Source: Chrysomallon squamiferum (taxonomy: Eukaryota; Animalia; Mollusca). Taken from it: DNA of 64,000 bases. Location of the stretch: NCBI GenBank assembly GCA_012295275.1, contig CM022670.1, positions 13,020,001 through 13,084,000 of the forward strand, in the 5' to 3' direction. Positions 28,446-43,789 of the stretch are shown piece after piece. The translations under genes and the position numbers were made by a program. Positions within the stretch are counted from its first letter, which is position 1. Each line of letters begins with the position of its first letter. Below the pieces are notes generated by a model. It worked only from the letters and a program-made list of their open reading frames with translations. It did no database searches and had not been told where the DNA came from.

Positions 28446-28761
28446 GGTGGCCTGATCAGAAAGAATTAAGTGAAAGCAAGCTTAGAAAACTTTCACAAAT
28501 ACTTAAATTTTCCTCCAAGAAAGTCGCCAGCATTCCTAAAATAGAGGAGAGGAGAGGGAACGGAAATTATCAATTCATGTTTGAAATATTTTTTTATATA
28601 TATATATATATATATTTGTTTGTTTTTTTCGCATGTGCTTATGACTTGAGGTGTCTGTGAATATTGATTTGACGGTTTAAAGTTATCATCAGGAAGTCGA
28701 AAAGTTTGTGTGGATTTAAAAAAAAAAAAAAATTCGTTCGTTTGTTGGGTTTTTTTCTACC

Positions 28762-30176
<1,415 letters not shown>

Positions 30177-31270
30177 ACCAGGACAAAATAAAAAAAATAT
30201 TGTTATTATTATTATTATTATTAATAAATCCAAAGAGATTGATGTGCCAAATGAAAGCAAAAACACTTCTAAATACTTTGTTAAAAAGAAAGAAACGCTC
30301 CGAAAAAAAAAAAAAAAAGAAGAAGACGAAGGAGAAAAAGGAGAATTATAAAGAAAAAAAAAAATGATGAATAGGAGAGAGCGAATAAGAAGACAGAGAA
30401 AGAATGTGGAAGAAAGACTGGAAAAAAGAGAAACTTTTGAAAGAAAAAGAAAATGAACACAAACACACCGGTTTCATCTGAATTCTTATTATTTTTTTCT
30501 TTTTATTACAAAAGACTGATTTATTAAAAAAAGATTTAATTAAATAATAAATCTTAAAAACAGAAGAAAGGAAAAAAAAACAAACAAACATTGGTGCAGA
30601 TTTTTGATTCGTAAATTCCGTGTTCGTTATTCCAGATTAACGGATTAAGACGAGAGATTTGGATAAGAGTTTAATTTACACATTCCCCCGTGTGAACAAT
30701 TTGTGCAAAATCAAAGACAGACAAAAAATATTTTTACGATTGTATACATAATTGGTGACAGTTTGGTTTCAATGCAAAACAAACTTTTTTGTGAAAATGT
30801 GGGTTTTTAACCTATGTAAGTAGATATCTCTTTCTTTCATAATGCACGTTTTTATATTGTTTGTTAAACAAAGAAAACAAAATGTCTGGGGCGAAAAGAA
30901 ATCATAACATAATGTTTTATTTTTATTTTATTAAATCTTTTTCGCCCCTACAGATTGATTAAATCATTAATTATTATTATGTAGATTTCGTTAAAGTCTG
31001 TATTATTAATAACTGATTAATTTTTACTTTCTCTTTGTTAATTAGATGACTAGTTAATTATTTATAAGCGGAAATCTTTTTAAGCTTTCTAAATAAAACA
31101 GGATAGAAATGTATTGAATCGAACGTGAAAAAAAAAAAACATATTCCTTTGTGTAATTCTGTTACCTGGTCAGTTTCGAATTTATTAACTGTTCATATGT
31201 CTGTTTCATTCATCTGTAATAAATTATAATGTGCTAGAATTTAGCTTGTTGTCAGTTCGAAATAAATAAT
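30177..31270 (+). other. Probable FoxD 3' UTR
   Basis: AT-rich sequence after the TGA with candidate AATAAA at 31092, 31218 and 31261. The true end is unknown. Confidence 0.4.
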
Positions 31271-32876
31271 GAAATTATGTGTATAACTGTACAGAAAAAT
31301 TAAATTAAAAAAAAAAAATTAATAATATTCAGTGCTTTTTATTCATTTACGTTCTATGTTGGAGAAACGAAAAAAATAAAACAATGAATAGAATTATTTT
31401 ATTCACTTCTCAAAAATTATAATTACGTCTTTGTTTTAATTATAAATAATTAATTATGTGTGCTGCTCTCTTTATTATTATTATAAATAATTAATTATCT
31501 TGCGATGAATGAGCATTTTATCCATTTAAGTTCCAAAACTCATGTTTACAGGTTCATTCTAATAATATGTCTGTGATACCTGCAGATCAATTACAATGAT
31601 TATTTTGTAAATATAAAATCAGGAAGCTGTATTCATGTGGATTTATGGTTAGGGGAGATTTACAATGTTTGATATACCGTCCACGTGACTGATGACTAAA
31701 TGTTTAGTTTAAGCATAACATTTAATGTGTAATGTGTATGATACATACCGCGCAGTTAAATTATTTTGTAACTTACAAAAACGAAAACATCACCAGCTGT
31801 AGAAACAAAATAATAATAATAATAATAATAATAATACGTATAATATTTAAGTGCTAAATAAAAGTTATATCTCATGATAATAATTAATAAATAAATTAAC
31901 TGAAGGCAAAGATAAGCATACATAATCGAGAAAAACAGAGACGATATTTTATGAAACTTAAAACATTTTCTAAAATAGTCAGTACATAAAATAGTTCTAT
32001 AAAGCATTAATATAATATGTATATATATTGGCCATAATATATAATTAATGTTCATTTAATTAATTAATAGTGTATATTTAAAAAATACGAACAAAACACA
32101 TTTTTTGTTATTATTATTTTATTTATTTTTTTTTCCAAATACAGTCGAAATAACGGCAATTTATTATTAATGCATGAAAAGAGAGAATACATATAACACG
32201 GACACACAGACACTCAGACATTCATTTGTTATTCCCATTACCTGTTCAGTATATGTTTCTAAGAAATAAGACAAACGCTGGATATATTCAGCTACACAGT
32301 TATGAAAGTAAGTGGATTTGAAGCAAATTTTTCAAAGAAGTTATCTCTTCTTTTTATGCATCTTTAAAGTAATATAATTATTTTAAAAACATCTTCACTA
32401 ATATTACAAATCTACATAAATATGTGATTGTTGAATAAGCTGATGTTAAAGGCATTGATAATTAAATACAGAAGTTTATTTATATTAAGTTCTCATAAAG
32501 AAAGATAATTAATTCTAGAAATATGAAAAGATTGTTGAAACGAAAAATAATTAATGAATAATTAAATAGCAAAAACAACAATAACAGCACTACTGCTACT
32601 ACTACTATTACTATTACTACTACTACTACTACCATTACTACTACTGCTACTGCTACTACCACCATTAATAATAATAAAATATAATTAATAATAGTGCTGT
32701 TAATAGTAAAAGCAAAAGCATTTACAAAAATATATTATTATTTGTAATATATTAGTTAAAACAAAGATAATATTTTAACCAAAAAAAATAAATAAATAAG
32801 TAAGTAAGTAAATGAATGAATGAATAAACAAATAAATTAAGTAATACACGAAATTAAAATAATATTAATCATAATA

Positions 32877-32912
<36 letters not shown>

Positions 32913-33314
32913 AAAACACAAATACATATCCCACTTAGATTCTGACTTACATTATTTCAGTTTAGCTTTAATGAAATCTAAATATCAAGTAAATTATTTT
33001 TTCTATTAAACTACTTTATTTATACATTAACTTATTAGTTAATTAATATTAAATATTTTTCAATAATAATAATAATAATAATAATGATGATGATCTTGAT
33101 CATAATAAAAATATAGTAAGAGAGAGTGTGTTTTATTTTATTTTATTTTATCTCTAATATTTAACGTATTTAAAAATATATTAAAATAATTTACAAGAAC
33201 TTGTACTGCAGTGCTATATTGAAATCTACAGTTTAAAAAGTTAAATTATAACAAATTATATTATTATTCTTATTATTATCATTATCATCATAATTTTCAT
33301 CAACATCGTTATGG

Positions 33315-33397
<83 letters not shown>

Positions 33398-34205
33398 GAA
33401 CAATGCCATTCCTTTATATACTTTTATACGTTAAACATTAGGGATAAAATAAATTAAATAAACTTATATTAATCTTAATAATTAATAAACTCGGAAATAA
33501 ACAATAAACAACTGTTAAAAAAAAAAAAAACTGAAATCTTCAACATATCGCAATAAAACAAACACATAAAATTACGTTACACAAAATATAAACTATAATG
33601 AAACTTAATCATTTACATTTCATTCACAGCGGCAAACAAGTAATAGAAACTCTGTTATAAAAATATAAACTATAATCTTACTTTATTATCAGTCACCGAT
33701 ATCGCACTCCGCTTTACGTTCATTAAATAATCTTACATTCATATACCTTACATTTTGTGTATGTATCTATTACGCGTGCTAATATCATGTTTATTGCATA
33801 TGAATGTGACATCGTTTCCGGAGTGATATGAAATTGAGTAGATAACGGTACTTTTTTTTTTTTTTTTTTTTTTTCCTACGATCGAGTTTCAGCGAAATAC
33901 ACATTCGCCATTCAATGAAACCTTACACCGCGAATATAATTGAAAACAAATTGTATTTTTTTTTCCCAGAGAGCTAGGAAGCCATTATAGTGCACGCGCC
34001 ACGCGCTGCTTTCGTCATCCAGTGTCAGAGAAGTGTCAGATAAGACTTGAAGTCTTGGTTCGAGCAAGCGACACAAGATTTTAACATGTTGTTTATGTTC
34101 GGATGATTAGATCGACATCGTGGATATTGTAGCTTGCAAATATATGTTATTTATCTTTCTTTTTTTTTCTTCTTCTTCTTTTTTTCTTCTTCATAGTTGT
34201 TGTTG

Positions 34206-34273
<68 letters not shown>

Positions 34274-34701
34274 GTTGTTGTTATTGTTATCATCATCATC
34301 ATTATTATCATTATTATTGTTGTTTGTTTTTTCTTCTTCTTCTTCTTCTTCTTCTTATTATTATTATTGTTTTATTTATTTATTTGTTTGTTTGTTTATT
34401 TATTTGTTTATTTATTTGTTTATTTATCTATCTATCTATTTATCTATTTATCCATCAATCCGTTGTTTATTTGTTAATTTTGACAACGTAGTTATATCAT
34501 TTATTTTATCTAAAATATTGAATTACTATTGTTCTTTTATATACTTAAAATTACGTGGTTTTCTATAAAAATTTATTTTTCAAGACTATTTACTCTAACT
34601 TTTAATTATTTATTTATTTGTCTTTATTCATTAATTAGTTTATTTATACAATATAGATCCATTCATTAATTATTTATTTTTTAGTTCCATATTGACAATG
34701 T

Positions 34702-34739
<38 letters not shown>

Positions 34740-35499
34740 TATTATTATTAGGTACTACTTTTATCTATTTATTTATTTATTTAGTTAGGTTGTTAGATGA
34801 ATGTTCATAGTTTGTTTTACTTTCTTATAATCTGTATACTAAAACAAATTTAAGTCAGTTTAGAGATAATTTGCTTGTGCATTTAATGCAAGAAATTAAT
34901 TAATTAAACTAATTTTAATTTATATTTAATTATATTTAAGAAAATATTACAGCAAAGATAATTTTTTATATACAAATAACTTAATGTGTTAGTTATTTTG
35001 AAAAGAAACAAAACAGCACCAAACAATAGACTACTAACTAACTAAATAACTAATCTTTTCTTTTAGTATTTTCTGCTTCAGGATATTTCTTCTACTTTTT
35101 AAAATTTATTTTCATTAATCTGTAGTATTTAAGTTAAAAAAAGACAAAGTGAAATAAAATAATATAGAAGCGAGCATATAATAATAGAAAAGAAAAAAAA
35201 AATTCAAATGAAAAAAAGATATCAACAAAAAAAAACAACAACGAAGGAAAGAAAGATCAAATGAAAAAAGAAAGAAAATACAACAATATCCACTAATACT
35301 AGTACTACTACTATTACTACTACTACTACCATTATAACCGCTACTGCTGTTATAACTATACTATTACATCTACTATTACTATTTTATTTCATATTACATA
35401 ATAATAATAATCTAACAAAACAAAAATGTTTAATAACATTACAAGAACAACAAAAACCCCAATAAAACAAACAAATACACAAACAAAAAACACTATTTA

Positions 35500-35539
<40 letters not shown>

Positions 35540-35769
35540 CCAGTGATGGTGGTAAAAATGATGACGATGATAACAGCAATAACGAAGATAATAATTTTAT
35601 ATTAAGAATTATAACTATTTCCAACAAATTTTTTTTTTTTTCGTATATCCTTTACCAGATTAAAGTAAATCATTTACAAAAAAAACAACCCATCCATAAA
35701 AACATTCATACACACAGACACATTCTTTATTTATGTTTTACTTCGACTACAGATTAAATACGTATAAAA

Positions 35770-35960
35770 AGTCTGCAGAATCAGTGAGGCGTGACTGAAT
35801 AAACGTTTTCCATCTGTCCCCTGTTTAATATAATTGTACAAACAGTGTGAAATGGAAATAATGGGTATAATAGAATAAAGAAGGTATTGCTTTAATAAAG
35901 AGCACAAATGTGGTTTAGGACGATGATTTAGGAGCTGGTAAAGGATCAGGGAAATGTTCA
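35770..35960 (-). mobile_element. Degenerate C-terminal ORF2 fragment of an L2-type LINE
   Basis: Minus-strand ISLILYQLLNHRPKPHLCSLLKQY...TDGKRLFSHAS has the pattern and spacing of the L2 ORF2 tail (KILLLTYKALNGLAPxYLxxLL...YGxRAFSxAAP). Confidence 0.45.
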
Positions 35961-37065
35961 TCATTTAGTTATTTATTAATTTATTTGTTTGTTTGTTTGT
36001 TTATTTATTTATCTATTTTATTTATTTATTTATTTATTTATTCCTTTTTTATCTATTTTATATTTATCTAATTAAATTTATTTGTGTCTTTTTGTTTTCT
36101 TTTCTTGTCTTATATTATTTTACCTTGTTTTATTTTATATTTATATATATTTATATTTACACTGATATTTATATTTATATTTTTATATTTATGATATTTA
36201 TATTTATATTTATATTTATATTTATATTTATATTTATATTTATATTTATATTTAATCTATTCTATGATTTTCTATTCTAACAATGATATTCAAAACAGAA
36301 AAAAAAAATGTATTATTATTTGTCGTTAATTTCTTATCTCCAAGTGTTACAAATAAGAATACTTAGATATATTTACCTGTGTACACTTGTTAACACCTTT
36401 ATAATTACCTGTTTATCTAACTTCTAATTGCAGGTGAGCTTAAATCAAAACAGTAATTAAAGTGTTAACTACTTAATTAAAAGATACACAATTAATTATA
36501 AAAGACAATAGTAATTACCTAATTTATTAAATACTAGATAAATTACTTACAGATACATATAAATTACAGGGAATGTTAAGTGCGTAAATATCAAGATATA
36601 TGTTAAAATATATAGCAAGGGCGAATCCATAATGTTCAAGATGAATCAAGTATCATTATAAACGGGAAAACAAGATCGTTAAGGAAATAAAAATAAATAA
36701 AATAAGTGTAGAAGTTAGCGTTGGGTGAGATCTTATCCCCTTAACTTGCGTCTATGTAACAAACAATACATATATAAATAATTATTTTTAAAAAAAAAAA
36801 ACTAAGAAATAAGTTAATGATTAAAGAGTAATAAATAAGTTAGCTGAAGACGTAGAGTTGTGTTGAACAGATGTGTATTTATAACAGTCACTAGCCAACT
36901 TCGTGAGTGTTGTTCAGTTTAAAAATAACTGTAGAGTAATCAGAAGATATTGGAATATAATGGGTTTTTTTAGATGTGTTGTAAATTTTAGTCAGATATA
37001 TTTCTTGTTTGTTTTTGTAAGTTGGGTTTAGGAAAACTTCATGTTGTTTGTTTTCTGGAGGTTTT

Positions 37066-37102
<37 letters not shown>

Positions 37103-37721
37103 CAGAACAACAATAACAGAAATATGTCAATTACCGTTTTCTCTTCATTTTTATAATTATGCTTACTTTTGTACGTTGTGTGTGTGTATGTGTGTACGTA
37201 ACGAATAAATAAATAAATAAATAAATAAAAACATAAATTAATAAATAAAGAAACAAACAAACAAACAAATAAAACAAACTGAACAAATACGTAAAACGAA
37301 AATAAATAAAAACAAATAATAAACAAATTAACAAAGAAATGAAATAACATATCAGTAAAATGTTTTCGCTGTTTCTGCTTTTGATATGTTTTCTATTTCT
37401 TCTGCAACTACCACGTCTGCTTTCACTAATGTTATTACTACTGCTACCTCTACACTGCTAATACTTCTGCTACTTTCACTGTTATTATTACTTCTGCCGC
37501 TGTTCTGCTGCTACTATTATTATTGTTGTTTTTAGACGCATTTATTATTTTATATTATTATTATTAGTAGTAGTAATAGTGATAGTGGTGTAGTAGTAGT
37601 AGCAGCAGCAGCAGCAGCAGCAGTAGTATAAAAGAAATAGCCAATAACCTGCAGAAACATAAGTAGTTTCATATATACATGCAGCGTAATTATAGATTAT
37701 ACCCACATTGTTATAACACAG

Positions 37722-37792
<71 letters not shown>

Positions 37793-38023
37793 CACACGCA
37801 TACACACAACAAAAATAAAGAAAAACAAACATAAAGGGCTAGATGCCTGAAGAAGAAAGAAAAAGGTTGTGAAAAGAAAAGAGCTGGGAAAGAAACATCT
37901 GACAGATTTAATTGTGAGTTAAAATTAGAAAACAGATGTATCGCAGATTTTTCATTTGTTTCCATCTACTGGCGGCTGTTGAAACAGTTTATACGTCTGT
38001 TTCAAGTTTGTTAATTGTGAACA

Positions 38024-38085
<62 letters not shown>

Positions 38086-39272
38086 GACAGACATACACAC
38101 ATACCAATACACACACATACATACATACATATACTTATAAATACATTGGGAAAACAAATTACAAATTCAAATTCAATTATTTATTTTTTTTTCCCTTCTC
38201 TCCTCTTTATTTTATTTTATTTTATTTTATTTTATTTTCGCTTATTTTATATTACTTTAAATTTAAAACTATGTGTGTTTTATCTATCTATCTATAAATA
38301 TAAATATAAATATAAATATAAATATAAACTAATACTCTACATGACAAGAAGACAACAGTAAAACACTGAACTCACTAACAAGTTTATCAGCGGATTAACG
38401 CAGGGAAATTAGCACAGTTTGTTATTTCACAAATAATCTTTTATTTACCTTGACTTATCTAATTAGCACCTGAGCGGCCGTAACAGGCGGTGATTTACCT
38501 GTAATGGTTTTAACCCGTTATTCCGAAATGAACACCGAATATACATACCTGTACTGACAGCCGCGTGTGTTTTGTGCGACAAAATCGGTTTACACGCCAC
38601 TCTGCATTAAGCAGGATGTAAAGCTAAAAAGGCATTCATGCCGATAAAGACGCACATACAAAATCAACGTTTGTTTGATTTAAGCTCACACAAAAAACAC
38701 GATCCACGTTCGAGGATTACCAACAATCAGCGGTACTGCAGGTAACAGTGGCAAAGCGGCTGTTGTTGTCAGTTTAGGTTCTGCGTCGCATTTATTTTTT
38801 TATTTTTTTTTTTTTTTTTTTTTTTCTTGTATCCCTGCTAATCGGGGTTAGTTACACAAGACTTGTTTGAATTAATATGATTAATATTGAAAATAAATCG
38901 CTGGTATTTTCGCCAGCACAACACAACATGCCTTGCAATCGGATCCTGATCATAATCTCTCTTGGTGGATTAAAAGAAAAAGAAAAAGAGAGCGAGAGTG
39001 AAAAGAGTAGGAAAGATACTGAAATAGTGGTTCATGACTGGTAATCTCAAATCGCTTGACTTGTTCTCAGTTTAAAGCAAATTCGGATAGACTGATCTTT
39101 CAAAAGTAATCCGCGTGCAAACATTTTGGTTGTTGCTGATGTCTCTGAATAGGCTTGTTAATTCAGTGAATTTTTAGATATTTTATTTATTTAGGGTGTA
39201 AGATTGGTTTTTTTTTAAAAGAGGTGTTAATTTGATAGTTGTGTTAGATCATGAAATATGTTATTATGTTCT

Positions 39273-39346
<74 letters not shown>

Positions 39347-40684
39347 CTGGCTTAGCAACTAAACAATAAGTGTATCACTATCAAATATTTGCTTCGATTC
39401 ATACATACAAAATACTTTTTTGACTGACATAACAAATACTCTGTTTTTATTTTTTGTTTTTTTTTTTTTTTTTTTTGACGTCATCTCTCTGGCAGACATT
39501 TCCTGAAGAGAGCCAAGCCAAGATCAGTCAAAACCCAAACCTAAATATCACAACAAATGCGCCATTACATTTATAAATATTATTTTCGTATTGTTCCACC
39601 CGTCTAATTTGCGCACCAAAGCGTTCTTTCTCGAGAAACCGAGCAGGGTGAAGAAAAGCTTGTTATTTCAGAAACTCTTTCGTTTGCAAATGTCTAGTAT
39701 AAATATTATGATGAGTTTCGAATTAAATGGCTTTTGGAATGCTCGACAATCGACTTTTGAAAAGGTTAGGGCAGTAACATGTTTGTTTATCCCGGGGTAA
39801 TTCTGATGTCCGCCACTGACATTTATTTAGATCACCTTTATTCACCTGAGTATACCTTAGCCTGGGTCTCTTTGTCACATAACCCCAGCAATATTAACAC
39901 GCTAAAGTGTTGCTTTAACACCTGAAATAATTTACCTGTCTATACATCCTTCTGTTCCCTTTATTCCATTGAGATAAATTTAATAAATTTTGGGCCAGAC
40001 AATTAGTATTTGTTATCCAGGTATTTTCAAATTTTTTTTTTTTTGTACGCATTTTTCTAAAGGTATATATGATACATCCCTGGCAAAGAATTGTAAACAT
40101 ACAGTATTTATTGACTAAATGCTATTTATTATTATTATTGTTGTTGTTGTTGCTGTTGTTGTTGTTTCGTGTTCTAAATTATCGATGTTGTTGCTGTAAA
40201 GCCTGAGGGAGAAAATGGCACTGTTCTTGATTCTTCGCAGAGCGAAATTGTTAAACTGACGTCAAAATTTATTGTTAGCAAAGATTGGTGGTATAAATCA
40301 AAAAAAAAGCATCCGCTTGGAAATAAACAAAACGTATTTAGACTGTTTCTTAAAATAAACCACACTAACGTACACTGGATTCCTCTTTGTGTGTCCACGC
40401 ATCTAGCGTGTATCTGTTCACGTGTACCCAGTTTAACAAACATTACATTAACAATAATTTGCGCTCGCAAAGATAGCCGTGTTTGTACGACGTCAGCGTT
40501 ATCAGAAACTGCGGCCAATTTACAATCACTTCATCAGATTCCGTCTTTGTTCAGTTGGGCAATAAAGATTAAAATCAAGAACAAAGAAATCATTGCCAGA
40601 ATGAATTTGTTTTTCCACGGCAATAAATAAAGTAAACATAATTTTTTTTTTTTTAAATTTTGTGTTTTTTTTTTGTTTTGTTTT

Positions 40685-40775
40685 TTTTATGTTGTTCTTG
40701 TTGTTATTTATGTGTCTCTGTGTATGTTTTTGGTTTGTTTTTGTGTTTTTTTGTTTGTGTGAATGTATGTGTGTT
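40685..40775. repeat. Direct repeat of about 85 bp (second copy 43551-43635)
   Basis: TTTTATGTTGTTCTTGTTGTTATTTATGTGTCTCTGTGTATGTTTTTGGTTTGTTT is identical at both sites. Confidence 0.85.
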
Positions 40776-40903
40776 TGAGAACGAAGAAGAGAGAATACGA
40801 ATATTCTTGTATGTGGGAGAGTTTTAATGCATGAGAGATAATGGCTATATAAGGTTATGTGTAAGAATGAATGGACTTACATATGTGAGGTAATGGGTAT
40901 ACG

Positions 40904-40943
<40 letters not shown>

Positions 40944-41189
40944 TGGGTTGGGACAAGGGGTTGGGACACAAAAAAGCCTCATAAATCCTGCTTTAATATA
41001 ATTAAACAGGAAATTTTTAAAATAAAAAACACTCGAAACATGGCAACTGTTTGTACCATTTTGATAACAACTGACCACATTTTTCAAAGGTCATGTTTGA
41101 ATTTACCAACAGTCTCTCCAACGACAAACACGAGAGGGGGGGGGGGGAATAATAACACTGACAGATATACAAGGGTCTTTCGCTACAAA

Positions 41190-41953
41190 ACATGAAACAC
41201 TGTAGAAAGTTTGGTCTTATCGACAAATCAAAATCAGCTGCAAATGACAATTTTACTGAGCTGTTAGACAAATATTTTTCAAGGAAAGTTGGATAGGTTA
41301 TTTACGACGGGACATTTGCGCTATCCTAAAACAAAAAATAATAAATCTCTCCAGTCGGCGTTTTACAAAGTATGCAGCAGAGTGTATCTGTTAACAATTG
41401 CCGAGAAGTGTAAAGCTGCTAAAATATTGGTTGTAAAGTGTTTCGAGTGTGGTACAGCTCTGACAGAATGCTTTACAGTATGTCTCTATATTAAGACTTG
41501 TAGAGCGCTCGCAAACTTTTACGACAGTGTTCTTAACCTCGATACTAATGGGCCTGGAGATGGAGTAAAACTTTTGAAGACTGGAGGAATATTGTAAATC
41601 AGATCGTAAAGCTGACATTGATAACGTGCTATCTGCTACTGATATTCAGACTGAAGTAGAAGTGGTAAGAAGAACGATGTAAGATATCCCAGTTCAGGCA
41701 CGGATGTAGGTGAGGAGCGGACCCTGGGAGAAAACCCACCCAAGCTATCCCCACCGTAACCCCTTTTTTTTTTTTTTTTTGTTAAGCATTTTCTTTCACT
41801 TTTCTTTGAAAAAAAAGAAAAAAAAAAAAGAAAAAGAAAATATTAAAGTTGAACCATTATTTAAATTTTATTACGATGGTGCCGCTTTGCACTCTTTTCT
41901 GAAATCTTGGATCTGCTCATGCTACCATTAATCTGATATTTTTATTAACTGAT

Positions 41954-42004
<51 letters not shown>

Positions 42005-42030
42005 CTTAGTTACTTACCTACTTATTTCAA

Positions 42031-42067
<37 letters not shown>

Positions 42068-42131
42068 GTTATTATTATTTTTATTATTATTATTGTTATT
42101 ATTGTTGTTGTTGTTGTTGTTATTATTATTA

Positions 42132-42195
<64 letters not shown>

Positions 42196-43040
42196 AATTA
42201 ATTAGTTTACTTCCATTCAGTAAATTATACCCCAGCAATAATGATGAGCCTCACCATCTCAGTGGAATTCCTGGATCCACCCTGCAGCTGATGAGAGTCA
42301 AAGACAAATATACGATCTTAAAGACAGTATTGACCTATTTTACAAGAGTGATTGTTTTGTGAAATAAACAAGAGAGAGGATCGTAAATACTGAACAAAAG
42401 GTGAGTGCTTGAAGAACGTGTTAAAATATGTTTGTAATCGTTAAGGACTATTTTCCATTCTAACCAGAGTTCTTTTGAAGTAGTAAAATTCGAATATATA
42501 TATATATTGTGAATAATTTTTGCTGTTGTTGTTTGTTTGTTTGTATTGATTCATTTATTCATTCATTATTCATTCATTCATTTATTCATTCATGTATTCA
42601 TTCATTCATTTATTCATTCATGTATTCATTCATTCATTTATTCATTCATTTATATTACTATTGTTATTGGCAATGATTTTTGCATACTCTACTGTTTTAC
42701 TGTTGCTATTACATCTGCTACTACTATCGTCACCATTACAGTTGTTGTTGCTGCTGCTGTGGGTAGGATTATTCTGTTAAAAGTTCATGATATTGCAGAT
42801 TTTCGAGAAAAATATCCAGAATTGATTTTCTTTATGAATTATTGCTATAATGTATCATCGTACTTGTACTGGGAAACCAAGGTGAATACCACTCGTTTAG
42901 CCCATTAAACAAGCTTCAAAGAAACTATGGAAGTCGAGATTTCAGTGGGAAAATGATCATGGAAAGTCGAAACTATATAAAACTTCTTAACAATCTTTGG
43001 TCATTTATAACAAACATTTTGCACTTTGTGTAAAGTGGTG
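41190..43040 (+). mobile_element. Fragmented hAT-superfamily (ZMYM1-like) transposase fossil
   Basis: Collinear decayed motifs: CSRV (compare TRWxSR), KAAKILVVKCFE, RRT..DE..IDLFYKSDCFVK*TRER, then REKYPEL..TCTG..HSFSPLNKLQRNYGS (42890-42934; compare hATC ERSFSKLKLIKNYLRS)..IMESR..HFA. Many stops, frameshifts and microsatellite insertions. Confidence 0.55.
41695..42284. mobile_element. MITE-like insertion inside the hAT fossil
   Basis: Imperfect terminal inverted repeats CAGGCACGGATGTAGG and CCTGGATCCACCCTG, flanked by CAGTT and CAGCT. Removing it rejoins the flanking reading frame. Confidence 0.45.
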
Positions 43041-43235
43041 TTGTGCCTGTTGGCTGCAATTTGCTCTATTTCTGGGGTTTTTGAAGCTTGAGAAGTCTTT
43101 GTTAAAAACAATATGTTAAAGTCCGAAGTCTCTAATATTGTTTTGACCTTAATAATTCTGAGCTTTGCTCCATTTAGTTCGGTTTAAAAATGATTTTACC
43201 CAAAAATTTTATCGGTTTTGTTTTTATTGTTACTG

Positions 43236-43267
<32 letters not shown>

Positions 43268-43355
43268 CAAAATTGAAAGTTTATTTGGGATTGTGAATTC
43301 AAAATTATCTTTATCATTGTTCAGGGTTTTGTATCTTCTAAGTGTTGCCGCTTGG

Positions 43356-43389
<34 letters not shown>

Positions 43390-43394
<5 letters not shown>

Positions 43395-43789
43395 AAGGAA
43401 ATATTTACAGATGTTTTGTGAAATAAAATAGTTTATACATTTTTTGTCAGAACTTTATTGTTTTAATGAGAGAACAAGATAATGTTATCATTTAATATAC
43501 TGTACATTTTAGTTCATTATATATATATTTTTTGTTTGTTTGTTTGTTTATTTTATGTTGTTCTTGTTGTTATTTATGTGTCTCTGTGTATGTTTTTGGT
43601 TTGTTTGTGTGTTTTTGTTTGGGCGTATGTGTGTGTACAAATATATATATATATAACGAACTAAAATGTTAAATAATGACATTATCTTGTTATTGCAGCT
43701 CTCATTAAAACAATAAAGTTCTGACAAAAAAAAATATATATAAACTTTTTATTTCTGTAAAACATCATCTGTAAGCCTTTCCTTCTTAT
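43390..43789. repeat. Inverted repeat (foldback or MITE-like), arms about 110-125 bp, spacer about 165 bp
   Basis: 43390-43497 is an imperfect reverse complement of 43666-43789. Perfect core: TTTTTGTCAGAACTTTATTGTTTTAATGAGAG (43441-43472) against CTCTCATTAAAACAATAAAGTTCTGACAAAAA (43699-43730). Confidence 0.9.

Noticed and set aside
36615-36757. A second MITE with CAGGGGCGGATC-like ends
   Set aside because: The termini are too degenerate and no target-site duplication is visible.
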